This document shows positions 13,218-25,447 of a DNA stretch of 64,000 nt, in pieces. A program made the translations under genes and the position numbers. Each line of letters starts with the position of its first letter. Position 1 is the first letter of the stretch. The notes under the pieces are model-generated. The model saw only the letters and a program-made list of their open reading frames with translations. It did not search any database and had not been told where the DNA came from. The DNA is from Takakia lepidozioides (lineage: Eukaryota; Plantae; Bryophyta), in assembly GCA_030704615.1 (NCBI GenBank), contig CM060732.1:52886001-52950000 (forward strand), read 5' to 3'.

Positions 13218-16200
13218 ATGCGGCTACAGGTAAATGTGAGCTCCAACCCGCAATGGGAACGTTACGTCTCACCTTGCAGCATTTTGTTGCATGCCCATGC
13301 CTTCCCTTCTTTTTTGTCCGCTCACAGTTGGACTACCGACGATTGCGTACGGCTGTGGGGCCTTGCTTGCAAAGATTGGCTCATGGGATTGCCCAAGCTG
13401 GCTGCAAAGATGCCATGCAGCCTCTGGCGTGGGTTACCGGTGAAGATAAAGGCAGCGGGCGCACGGAGAACGGGGATCCTTTGCTGCAACGCAAGACCTA
13501 TGGAGTGACGAAAGAAAAGTTGCAAGTACGAGAAGAAGACAAGGAGAACCTTGTGTCAGAAGTTCTCGGGTTGGTAGATGAAATGTTTGTGAAAGACGTA
13601 CTTAGTAGCTGGGTGAAGAAGGTGGGCTCAAGACGGCTCCTGCGGGAGAGCGCTCAGGTAAATTCCACGGTCAGTTCTTCTGGCACTGCAAGATATGTAC
13701 CTTATGGAGAAGTTGCGCGCACAGTGAATGCAGTTATGAAGGATTTAGGGCAGAGGGGGCATTCCAATGCTGCTCTTCAAGTTTTTCGCTGGATGCAGCT
13801 GCAAGGTTGGTGTAAGCTAGATCCACACTTGTATACAACAGTGATTGATACACTAGGCAGTTCAGGGTGCTTGGAGTTGGCAGAGAAAATATTTGCAGAA
13901 TTGGACGACACCCAAGTGAAGAAGGACACGGTACTGCACAATGCACTCTTGCATTCTCGTAGCAAGGCAGGACAGGTGGAGGCAGTCCTGGAAATGTTTC
14001 ATGCTATGAAAGAGAAGTCCTGTAGGCCTGACCTTGTGACTTTCAATATCGTTATGAACATGCACGTCAAGCCTGGAATGGGGCTGGCCAGCGTTGTATC
14101 ATTATTCAAGGAGATGTGCTTGCAAGGCATTCAACCAGACATTGTGTCATATGATATCCTTCTAGCTGCTTGTGCTTCTGGACAACATGTAAAAGAAGCC
14201 CAGCGGATATTTGCAGCCCTAAAGAGAAGAGGGGTGAAGCCAACAGTGGTGACCTACACATCCCTAATCACTGTGTATGCAAATGCTGGTGAGTTGTACT
14301 TCTGTCCCCATGATGCCATGTATACTTCGAACCAGGTCGTTAGGTGCCATGGAACCTTTCTGGTATCACAGTCTCAGTGGCCACGGGCTTCAGGAGGATG
14401 TGACAATGTCAAATGACCTGAGATTATTTTGGCTGACACTTGCAGTCTGATGCTGAGTCACTGGATGCACATGTAGGGCATTGCAAGACAGCGATACAAG
14501 TCTTCAGCGAGATGGTGGCTGACAAGTGTAATCCAAATGCCGTTACCTTCACCTCCATTATCAATGCCTGTGGACGAGAAGGGCACTTTGAAGAGGCACA
14601 GAGCATGTTTGAGGCCATGAGCGAATTTGGGGTGAAACCAAATGTTATGACTTATAATGCAATGATAGACATGTATAGCAAGCAGGGTGAACACAAGCTT
14701 GCTCAGCAAATTTTTCTTGAGATGACACAAGTGGGACTGGAGCCTACCAGCGTCACTCTCACTTGTCTTATGTCCAGCTTCAAGGCTGCTGGCGCCTACA
14801 AAGAGGTAGAATTTTTGGAAGATGTGATACTCTGGGTTTTGGCGCACCCACTGCAGTTGACCTGATTCTCTTTTTCCTGAACTGTTCTGCTGTTAACTTA
14901 CTCAGCTCTAGTTTACTAGGTTCTCACATTGATATATATGCTATTAGACTACACTGCTGTGTGAGTTCTTACTCAACCAGTTCTGGGCATTATGTACTCA
15001 TGGTGTAAATTGTGCCTACTTAGCTGTTTCAGTTTGCAATTCACACTCGTGTAGGAATTTTGTCTGGATGTCTTTACAGAAGGCATTGACCTGGTAATGA
15101 TTTGGTTAACATTGACACTCTTAGGTTAACACAATATTAAGGGCAGTCTGAGTTGTGGGTTGTGCAGGTATTAACCATCTATGAAAGGGCCAAGAACTTA
15201 CATTCAGAATGCAGTGTGCATACCTATACAGAGGCTCTGGATGCATGTGTGAAGTCGAAGAACTTTCCTGGTATGGCAAGGATCATGGCAGATATGCGGA
15301 CAGCAGGTTGCACTCCAAATGCTGTGACCTGTAGTGTGGTGCTTGTTGCACTCGGCTCCAAATGCAGCAGTGTGGATGAGGCATGCCAGCTACTTGACTT
15401 GTTGGAAGGCTTTGACACCTCAATTGTGCACTGCTGCCGTAAGCTGTTGTCCGAGCTGACAGTGAGCAATGCAGAGGTATGATCCCATTGAGCTCAATCA
15501 GGCTTTTTATACTTGCTGCACTGAACCCTAGTTTGAGTCCTAACCCTAACTTACAGTGCATTGCAGAGGTTCTTGCAGTTTCTTCAAGTCTTTTTGGTAG
15601 CCACTCGACGTTTGGAAAGCACAACAGCAAAGAAACCTCTCTATGTAATGGAGATTAAGAATTGAGAATGGATGACGTCAATGTGCAGATTTATTGAGTA
15701 CATATAGAAGTGCCTGTTTTAGTGCTGTATGTAGAGTGTGCATGGGTCCTGCCATTCTCTCTAGAGGTTTAATCTTTCTTGGGGGTTATGGGTGTTTGAA
15801 ATCCATAGAGGTTGAACATGGACAATTTCTTCAACAGCTGCGTTAAATTGGAGAAATTTTGCTTATTTAGACTTGTCACTATGTGACTGGTGAGCAGGTA
15901 ACTGAGCTCATGGAAGAGCTATTTGGGACCATAAATAGAGATGATGTGAAGACGTGGACTGCACTTAGCTCCTCCCTGGTGGATGCACTATGGGTGCTGG
16001 GTTGGTATCGCAGAGCAGCCTTGGTTCTGGCCTGGGTGTTGGAGAGTGGCGTATATGATGGTGTCTGTGTACTTACACCCCATGAGTGGAAGTTGGATGT
16101 GCGACGTCTTTCCACTGGAGGTGCACTAGTGGCTTTATATCAATGGTTGGCCGACCTGCTTCTGGTGGCCCGCCATCACAACCTCCTGAATGAAAGCAGT

Positions 16201-16665
16201 CATAAGGGAGAACTAGGGAGTTCTCTGAGCACTTCCACTGCTGAGGAAAACAATGGTGCATTAGAGTACGAAAAGGATGGTTCTCTTAGGCACGGGACAG
16301 CCCAGGTGGAGGTGTTACTTCAACTTTTGCCTTCGAATTTGAAAAGGATAGCAAAGCAGGGGGAGGTATCAAGAGGAAGAGGAAGTGGAAGTGAGGTGCT
16401 GTTTGGTGATGGCGGAGAGCAACTACTCTTCCCGAGATTTGTAACAGTGGTCTCAGGATGGGGAAAACTGAGCAGGGAAGAGGGAAGGTCGCAGGTGAAA
16501 TTGGGGGTACAAAAGGAAATTTCTAAGCTTGGTGTCCCACTACGACCATCCTTTGACTCAGGCAGATGGTCAGCAAAAGGCGAGGCGGTCTTTCGTTGGC
16601 TTCTGAGACCAGAAACAGCTTCACGGCTAGCTCTCTGGGATGCAGCTGCTGAGAGTCCACATTGA
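13218..16665 (+). CDS. P-type pentatricopeptide repeat protein with C-terminal SMR domain (GUN1/pTAC2-like PPR-SMR); exons ~13218-13229, 13328-14288, 14477-14805, 15168-15476, 15898-16665
   Basis: Repeated PPR motifs (PDLVTFNIVM, PDIVSYDILL, PTVVTYTSLI, PNAVTFTSII, PNVMTYNAMI). SMR motifs LVDALW.LG, WKLDVRRLSTGGA, VVSGWGKLS, GRWSAKG.AV.RWL. GT-AG junctions are in frame. The 5' end is uncertain (ATG 13218 plus intron, or ATG 13253). Confidence 0.88.
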
Positions 16666-17109
16666 CATGCAGATCTGAGTTATGTACCTTCCAGTTGAAC
16701 TGGGGTTGAGGGGAAGAGTTCGCCTGCCAGAAGCAGCTTTGTGGAATCAATCCATGATGCTTGTGGTTGGTTCTGGTCTTCATCATCCACCTCCAGGCTT
16801 TTCAGGTGACTGTCGTATTAAGTGAGTTGGAGGCGTCTCTCTCTCTCTCTCTCATTTTGCAGCTAGAACCTTAAGGATGATCTGAAGAGCCTACCTACCC
16901 TCGGCAACTGAAGTTTAAACTCAAGGCAGGGAGTCTACCTTTGAACAACAAACAGATGCAAGGAGGAAAGGGAGATTTTCAATGCTAGATGTGCGGACGG
17001 CCTGAAAGACAATATCCATTTTCTTAAACAATGTCCATCTCATCAAAGATCGACCCACTTCAGGTCCATCAAGAACATGTCCCTGCACCTCTGTTCACCA
17101 ACTTTCAAA

Positions 17110-18760
17110 ATCTCGAGGCTAAGCCCAAAGCCCTGGCTGTGTTGGGGTCTAATTGCTGGGCAGCTCAGACACATCAGATTGATGCTTGTGTGAAGGGCCT
17201 TCCAGAGGAAATCTGGAAAGCCCGAGCTGATTGTTTATAGTTTATACCAAGGTACGTCCCACTATAAGAAGTTAGTGCCTGTTCCCTCTTGTTCGGCCCA
17301 AACTGGGCACCGGGTCTATGGCCGCATGGTGACGTCTCATAAGTACATTCTTTGCAGCTATCTGATTTTTTTGACGGTGTGACAGAAAATGTTACCATAG
17401 CCACATGTGTTTTCAGGTAGATTGCTGTGGCAGTATTGCTGGAATCAATCTCCTACTTTGTAGTAGAATATCAATGCCAGCATGTACATGGACACTCAAG
17501 TCCCTTGTAACCGGATTGTCGTCAACTGTTCACAGGCGCATGGTAATTTTCGGCTTGATACACCTAAAGGCACCTGCCTTAGGTCTACATACTGAATCTA
17601 ATATTTTTACACACGGGCACATGTCTGACACCCAATCTGTGACCCAACCACTAATAGTTGCAAATGGGTTATGAGATGTAGATTGTACCTGGAGATATGA
17701 AGAGAAAAGTGGAGTCCAGCTTATAGTAGGCTTCAAAAATTCAGGTATGATCTACCCTTGTTCCCAAGATTACTTTCATCTACTTATTGCATCTTGTAGA
17801 TACTAACGCTCTACTCTGCATGAAAAATTTAGAACAGGCTGTCAGTGTGATAGTCTCAAGATTCCCCAAGCTGTAAATCAATTGTCTGACTTAAGTAGAT
17901 TCATCAATTGCCAGATACCTGTGGACATTGTATGAGTTTTGCAGCAAGGTGGAGCTTTCTGGAAAGCAAGTTGTCATGGAATTTGGGAGGACAGTATTTT
18001 CTGTATCCAGAGGGTCAGTTCTGAGTGACAGGTTCTTGCAGGGTGCTTTGGGATCATCTACCATACATTGTTTAGCGAGTGATGGCAGTGGATTTCTGGA
18101 TGTACCAAATGGCAGTGGACTACTTACAAGCACCAAATCCTTTTGATCTGTCTACATACTCTACGGATTGTACAAGTGCACAGAAAATCCCTGTACCTGA
18201 TCATAAAATTAGCAGAGCACTCGAGGTACTTAACCATGCGGAGGATATTCTTTGTATCATTCACCAAAAGAACATTGATATATGGCCAGGTGGGTTTTTA
18301 CTTATACCGCCGGAAGAGGATGGAAGTGTGATGTTCTCAAGGCAATGATGTCTGACTATTTACCTGTTTCGAGCAACTGGGGAAGAGGCAAATGAAGCCA
18401 GGTATCGAAACGGGTTTGTGATGGTGAGGTACTGTTCCTTGGTGGTCTTTATTCAGTGCTGACGAGATTCTAGTTGCCAGGCTAGCTTGAACTCTTTTAA
18501 TGTGCCATCAAACCAAGGATTGGTCCTTCAATTTCCACTACTGTGAAAAGGCTTGATGGGTACAAGCAGTGCCAATTCAGGATGTTTTTTATTCTTATCT
18601 AATCAGAACTGCTGCATTCAACAATCACTCAATCTCTGACAACCTCATACCCTCACAGCTTGAGTGATGTCGGTGATGATGATATTCATCCTCATTGCAC
18701 TGATCATATCCACTTGGTTGTACAGCACTACTTCAAACAACTGCTTTAGCACAACAGCTT
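17110..18760 (+). pseudogene. Copy 1 of a decayed, unidentified spliced gene segment, duplicated at ~28.2-29.8 kb
   Basis: Collinear similarity with 28270-29790 (e.g. aaagccctggct.tgttggggtct.attgctgggcagctcagacacatcagattgat; ctggagatatgaagagaaaagtggag.ccagct). Shared splice-like sites; multiple stops. Confidence 0.6.
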
Positions 18761-19989
18761 TGCAAAATTGCCCAGGCCCTTCTGGGGTCTAGTTATTGGG
18801 CAAATCACAGAAGATATCTCGAAAATTACCTATTGCAAGGTAAGTCATACTCGGGTGTCAGTCCCTTTAGTTTTGGAGAGGAACAACATAATTGTAAAAA
18901 TTACACATACTGATTTTCGTTGCAAGAGATGCAGGCTGTATCATCTCTCGAGTCTCAATACGCATCTTGTGTTTTGACAATCAAACACATCACTGCATTT
19001 ATGAGCTCCACCCCCCTCCATGCCTCTCATATATGTCTGCAAATCGACCATACAAGTATTGTTCTACTGTGATCGAAGTGCAGCAATGATGGCACTCCCA
19101 GCTGTCATATTTGTTATAAAAACCAAAATTTCCCCCTTCTACAAACAAGGTGGGCAAAATGGCCTAAATATCAATATCATGCAGCGTACTTCAGCTAACC
19201 CTCTTACACACCATGGCTTGTTACTGTTCCATCTTGGCAGTATTGCATATACTTCAATTTTTGACAAAACGAGCATCATGCGGAATATATCTTGTGGGGA
19301 ACCAGAGTGTCCCATACCAGTACAATCCAACTGCTTGGCTCACTTTTTCTGAGGTGATCTTCAGAGTACTGTAACCAAGCTGGGTAGATTTGCTATTGCA
19401 CTAGAATATTGAGTTTCATATGCATTGCATTGAGGGCAATGTCTCAAAATACCTATGATAAACCTGAATATGGCTCCAATGCAGTTACTTCTTTTCCAGC
19501 TTCCATGCACACTAGTCCTTATGAGTAGATTTAGAACACATGCACTAGACTTCGAAGGTGGGAATAAAATGCAGGTCCAGGGGGCAAATGCTTACAGGCT
19601 GCAAGAGGTCCATGCTGGCATGCTATCTTCAGGAACGTGGCCCCCTCTGCGCCTAGTTAGATATGACGTAGGTTTGGGATATACCATAACTTTGACAACA
19701 TGCAGCCAACAACAATGCTTTGCAACACTCTCAACTCTACTGGTGGCACACTGTCATCACTATTGACAAAGGCAAGGGGCTTAAGTAACCATCCAAAGAC
19801 TGCACAATAAGAAAAGACTTCACATACATCTCCAGCAACTGGGTAACCCACACTTGTAATACATGTCAATAACAAGGGTCTTCAGGAAAAACTGTTTGGC
19901 TCAGATCCACTCTGGGTATGACAAAATAAGCAATAAAGCTATCCAGAACTGCTGTGGCAGCAAGTTTAGATCCTAGTGCCTTCAAGATT

Positions 19990-20830
19990 ACTAGGGTAGC
20001 CTGTGCCGTTGGCCCAAGTGTAAGATCTTCTACGTATCCGAGTGCCTCTCATATGTTGAGGCCCAAGTGCGACCTGTAGGGTAGCATGTGCCTTTGGCCT
20101 ATGTATGAAGAGTTGAAATCTAAGACCAAGTGCAATTTCCTATGTATCCAAATGCGTCTCCTATGTCGAGGCCCAAGTGCAACCTATAGTGTAGCCTATG
20201 CCATTGGCCCATGTGTGAAGAATTGAATCTAAGTCCATGTGCAATTTCCTACGTATCCAAGTGCGTCTCAGGCCCATCTAAGCCCAAGTACAATCTTTTA
20301 TTTATGTATCCAAGTGCATCTCCCGTGTAGAGGCGCAAGTGGCCCAAGTGTCCAGTGTCATGTAACTTGCCCAAGTGCAATCTCCTATGTATCCAAGTTC
20401 GTCTCATATGTCAAGGCCCCATTTATTTTTTTCCATTAATTTATTGAGTATTAATATATCCATTCTCCCATGTCAAGGCCCCATTTATTTGTTTCCATTA
20501 ATTTATTGAGTAGTAATATATCCATTCATTATTGATATATCTTTCCAGTGACCAAAAGTACTTGAAATGCCACATCTCCCACACCACAAGTCCAAAAATC
20601 ATGAGACCAAGCCCGTGCACCCCTCCTTGTCGAGGGCTTTCCAACGGTACCAAGCACGGGGGCTGGGGCCTTGCGGTTTAGGACATCTCAAATCTACAAA
20701 ACAAAAAAAATAAAAAATAAAAAAAATAAATATATAAATATATATACATATAATGAAACCCTGCCTAGGACCAAAACAATGTACATGGTCCTAAGTCAAT
20801 ACGAGATGAAGGTTACAAGGGGGGCATACC
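19990..20830. repeat. Degenerate ~110-bp tandem array (ggcccaagtg / gtatccaagtgc motifs), a 60-bp tandem duplication (20408-20527) and adjacent TE-like remnant
   Basis: Recurrent 'cctatgtatccaagtgcgtctc...tgaggcccaagtgc.acct.tag.gtagc.tgtgcc.ttggccc'. 'atgtcaaggccccatttattt...gagta.taatatatccattc' occurs twice. Confidence 0.75.
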
Positions 20831-21325
20831 CCAGCCACTCATCTTGTTTTGATCTTAAAGTAATACCAATATTCAAAATAACAGCAGCCATTCTTTCTCC
20901 TGTGATGCAATTTTTTTGGGTGAGTGACAGGAAGAATTAAAACTAGAATGCATGATGATCCTGCACCACAGGTCTTTGATCTGATTTTATCAGATGCACT
21001 TTTTTAGGACACTAAAGAGCAATGATCTCTGAAATTTATTGGAAAGAGGACTGAATTCCCCCAAAATCAACGAATTGCTACCCTGGCTCACTGAAGCAGA
21101 TGTCAATTGCGAAAGGCCTTGCTCAACTGGATACCATGTGCATTTAATGACAAAAAAACGTTCTCTACTTTACAAGCAACAGCCTCCTGAACTTCCTCTG
21201 AAGGCCTGGAGTCTCATAGAATTCAAGGAAAGGAGTCATAAAGAGGTCCACCTTCTCTGGAAATGAGATATGGTGCTGGGTAGCAAAAGTCTCATTATCA
21301 TTTTGTCTAAGGAAGTTCCCATATT

Positions 21326-23247
21326 TCAACAGGGTTTTCCCCGTTTACACGATTTTTCACCAAAAGGTGATCTAGGCCTCCGCCATAGTGACGACTCAGT
21401 GTCAGATGTAATCCCCTCTCGAGCTGTTGCGTTGGCAAGCTTTGAGTAGCCCTTCACAATCTTGCGTTGATTGTTTTCCTCAAATCTGGAAAGTCTGGCA
21501 ACTTTCTCGACCTCCTGCTCCTCTCCAAGGAATGGTGAGGTCGTTGACATTGCCACTGTGGCAGGGACCATACACTCATCAAGCAGCAAGCTCCTCACAC
21601 AGTTTGCAGCCCGGCTCCCAAGGGGAGGGAATGAAATATTACTAGATGATCTGAGGTCCTCACTGTTGCACCCTGTCTGCTCAGGTGAGTAAGCTAGCAG
21701 GCCTGGAGAAGATTGGTCACCCACCTCTCCCAGTCCATCCCCAATTAGCACTTTCTCCATGTTCTTTATGGGTGTTACAGCAGATGATGCTGTCCTGCCT
21801 GGTGATTGGGCTCGCATCTGCAAAGAGCGCATCAGTGCAGTTTTTCGGAGATCAGCTGATTGGCAAGGATCGTTGGGGGAGGGAGGAAGGCGTCCCTCTG
21901 TATCTGGGACCTTCACTCGAGGCTGTGAGCAAGGAAGGGGGAGAGAGGGGGTGTAAGGAGGGGGAGTCTGCTGCCCGGAGGACATCCCACTGGAGTAGCC
22001 AGAAGCGGCATAAGAATAGCGATTCCGGGCAGAGGAGATAGGGGACCCAGCCAAGACCGGCTCAGTGCAAGGCTTGTAATGAGGAAGCTCAGATGCCCGA
22101 CCCATGCGGTAACCAACACTTTCATCGCTGTCATCAGACATTGGAGAGTCAAGTGTTGAGTTGTCATCTCTGCAAAGGTGGTCTTGAAATTAGAGATCAG
22201 TTACTGCAAGGAAAATCCACAGAGACAGAGATACTCATTATACTTTGCTTGCCATAGCTTTGCCACCCCAGTTTGGATGGAGGAGAACACTGGGGAAATG
22301 GAGAGGGGAGGAGCGAACAGTGCAGAAGGATCGTTCCACTAGTGATACCAAATAAAGTTCCATCTGACCTTCCAGTAGTTCTACAGGATGAGGACCTTGC
22401 AGATGATCAAAAGTGGTGCTAAGGGCAGGATTTTCAAATACTGAAGGTCACATGTGACATAAATGGGGAGGAATTGTGGGTACCCTTGTGGTCCCTAGAG
22501 TGAATCCTAGGAAAGTATTTCATGGATACCCGTCGTTCATAGACACCATGCTAAAAGCCACAGTGCGACTCCAGTAGTGCTGCTGTAGACCCCAACTTGC
22601 TGCAAATGTGACGCTGCCAGTAACACTGTGGCCAGAAAAGATATGATATACTTCCCTACCAAGATTGCATATGACTCAACCTTGAGGGGATAGTCCCATG
22701 GGGAAACTAGCCCTCCCAAAGCTGGTTGTGGGATTTCAGCCTACCTGGGCAGAAACACACACACACACCAATACATGTATTTCCAAGAAAAAGCCGGGGT
22801 TTTGCAATCTAAATACCCGTGGCTGGGGAAGGAGGAAGCAGATCGTGACAGTGCAGGAGTCTCGGTGTGGGCAGGCGACAGCAGTGTATCAAGCAACGGC
22901 GGTGACTCTTGGCCGCTGTGGGATGGTGCCTCTCCCACCTTCAGACCGTTCAAACTTGATGCCATGACCTGCAAGCATAGCCAACTGAGTCACATACTAC
23001 ACTATCCATGCAATCTATTATCTCCAATTATTCCAAAACGGACAAAGACCCTTGCTATAGCACACAGAGAGAGAGAGAGAGAGAGGTAGGCAAGGGCAAG
23101 CGAGTAAATGGAAACGGTTGGTGGGCGGGTACAGTCTTCTACCTCAGTGAGATAGCGTTTGTGAGTGTGGTAGTTGTCAAAGTAGACCTCATCCTCAGCT
23201 GCCCGAGCCCGTTTTCCACCAATTCGCGAACCTGACTCCCAACCCAT
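21326..23247 (-). CDS. Conserved plant protein of unknown function (At2g25920-like); exons 23247-23143, 22968-22817, 22169-21326
   Basis: Motifs GKRAR..EDEVYFDNYHTHKRYLTE|VMASSLNGLKVG, SPMSDDSD, DTEGRLPPSPND.CQSADLRKTALMRSLQMR. GT-AG introns are phase-compatible. Confidence 0.85.
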
Positions 23248-25447
23248 GGTTATCCCTGCAATTGCACCAATCCATGAAGTTAGCAACCACTTCTCTTAAG
23301 TGAGCAATTCCGTTTGAAATCTATATCAGCATTGTAAAAGGGATCGTCCATACCAGACAAACTCCCATTTCCTGCAAAACAAATTTTCTCATAATTAACT
23401 TCGATCAACCTGAAAGATCTTAGAAAATCCAGGCGCACAAGGTCTTAGGTTCTGAACTGGCAACTTGCAGGTCTCAACAGGAACTTTGGCAGATCTGAAG
23501 TCTAGATGAGACGTTGATAAGAACTTGCGGATCGAGATACAGTCCAAATTCGAATTTGCAGGTCAAAACATATGGAAATGCAATTCACATTGCAATCTGC
23601 AGCTTGAAACGTAAGCTGAATGCTATATATGGCTGCATACAGACAGAACTTCAATACAGAGCTGCTCTCTCCTCTGTCCGATACAAAACATGCTCACAGG
23701 GCTTGAGAGATATACAGGGAACTGCCACCCGCCTCCACAGCCGATGAAACCGTCTCCGTATTGTCTTACTTCTCCCTTGTCGCATTCTTCCTCTTGCAAT
23801 TTTCAAATCGCCCCCCTCACGATACGCCGAAACACCCCTAACCCTCCCTCGGCTTGCCTCCTGCCCTAAACCTTTAGAGACATGGCTAGAGACAGGGGGT
23901 GGGTCCCTGCAAGGACCAGGCTCCCACCTATTTCATCCCTGCTTCATCCATGGATTTGACTGGGAACTGGGAACGTAGGAGAGAGTTGAGCCTCATACTT
24001 GATTGAGGGTAAGAATATGGTCAAAAAATGTCTGATTGCATATGGATGTCAGACCCCAAAGACTCCTCAGGACTCAGGACCCTGCACTGAAGAGAGGAGA
24101 TGGGCATTTCAAAATCCCCCAAGACGTTTATATGAAGTTCCTTAATGTAGGTCCTTCAAGGCAGTAGCCAGCAACAAACAACCAGTATTGTCTTCATGTG
24201 GCCCAGCACCTGGAAGGAGACAGCACTGAAGCGTCCAATGCAGATGAACTGGCTCAAGTTTGTGACCACGGCAATTAGTCACGACAGAGTGATGAAAAAC
24301 TGCACATTTGCCAACCCCACAGGGACCAAGGCTGAGAAAACTCAAATGCTAGAGGTAACAGAGCTTATTGCAATCATCCAGCATATCTGTAGTTGTTCTT
24401 TCTTCTTGTATTAACTACACATGCAATGGCAAAAAGACAGACAGAGAGAAAGCAAGAGAGATTTTTTAGGGGAATTTTCAGACCACTCATCACAATGACA
24501 CCATCAAGACTGGTTGGACAGTGCCCATGACGATGGTTGTAGTGAAGGAGATTCATGAGGCTTTGTTCCCAATAAAGTAAGCAGCCTGAGGATTTCCTTT
24601 GTCATGGCTGTGTTAACTACTGTGCAGCATTCAGCCTGGTGCTTTCAGATGAGAGAAAGAGGGAAGAGGCTCACTTATGAGAGGGATGGAGTTTTTCTCA
24701 AACTGGCAGGCAGCCTGAAGTGTATTATGGGCCTTGTGTGGATGGGGCATTCTGAGCAGGAACCCCAAGGTAGACTACATACTTGGTGTCTCATCTCCTG
24801 TAGACTGGCACCAAACAGTGGCATGCATTCAAACAGGCCTGATGCTCTTTGCCAGCATTTTGTGTACATTCTCTCTCTCTCTCTCTGACTGCACCTCCTT
24901 TGCTGGGAGGATGATAAAATAGCTTACAAGGTCATGCTGCATTGTTCAATAATATTATTCTGAACAAGAGGGGGATTTTGATATCTGGAAAACCAAGATC
25001 AATTACCCATTTCAAGTCATACTTCCGGTGTCAGTCCTTGACAACAGTCCTTGACAATGGTATTTTCTGTCCCTTCCGGTGCATGCTCAAACTGGGTCAA
25101 TGGCCACAAGGCTAAGGCAAACAGTCTTCCTATGTTCTCAAGTATGACATCCATGCAAATGCTAAACAACACCCATCAGTTGTAGCAGGCTGGGTGGTTA
25201 AACTTTCCAACCCAATGTGAGCATGTACAAGTGGAAAAAAAGTTACGAAAAAACTCGATCTGTCTTTGGAGAGAATATCCAATGGGTCAGAATCATATCC
25301 AAGAGACTTGTCCAAACATCCAGCATAACAGAATTCAAGAGTTTATGAACACGTCCTTGAGCGTGTCATCTACAAACATTATACCCCAGAGATATGTACA
25401 CTAAAGGCCTAGCTGCAAAACAACAATGTGGACAATATCATATCAAA

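Noticed and set aside
15522-15550. Telomere-like aaccct motifs
   Set aside because: Only 2-3 degenerate units within an intron; not an array or a telomerase RNA template context.
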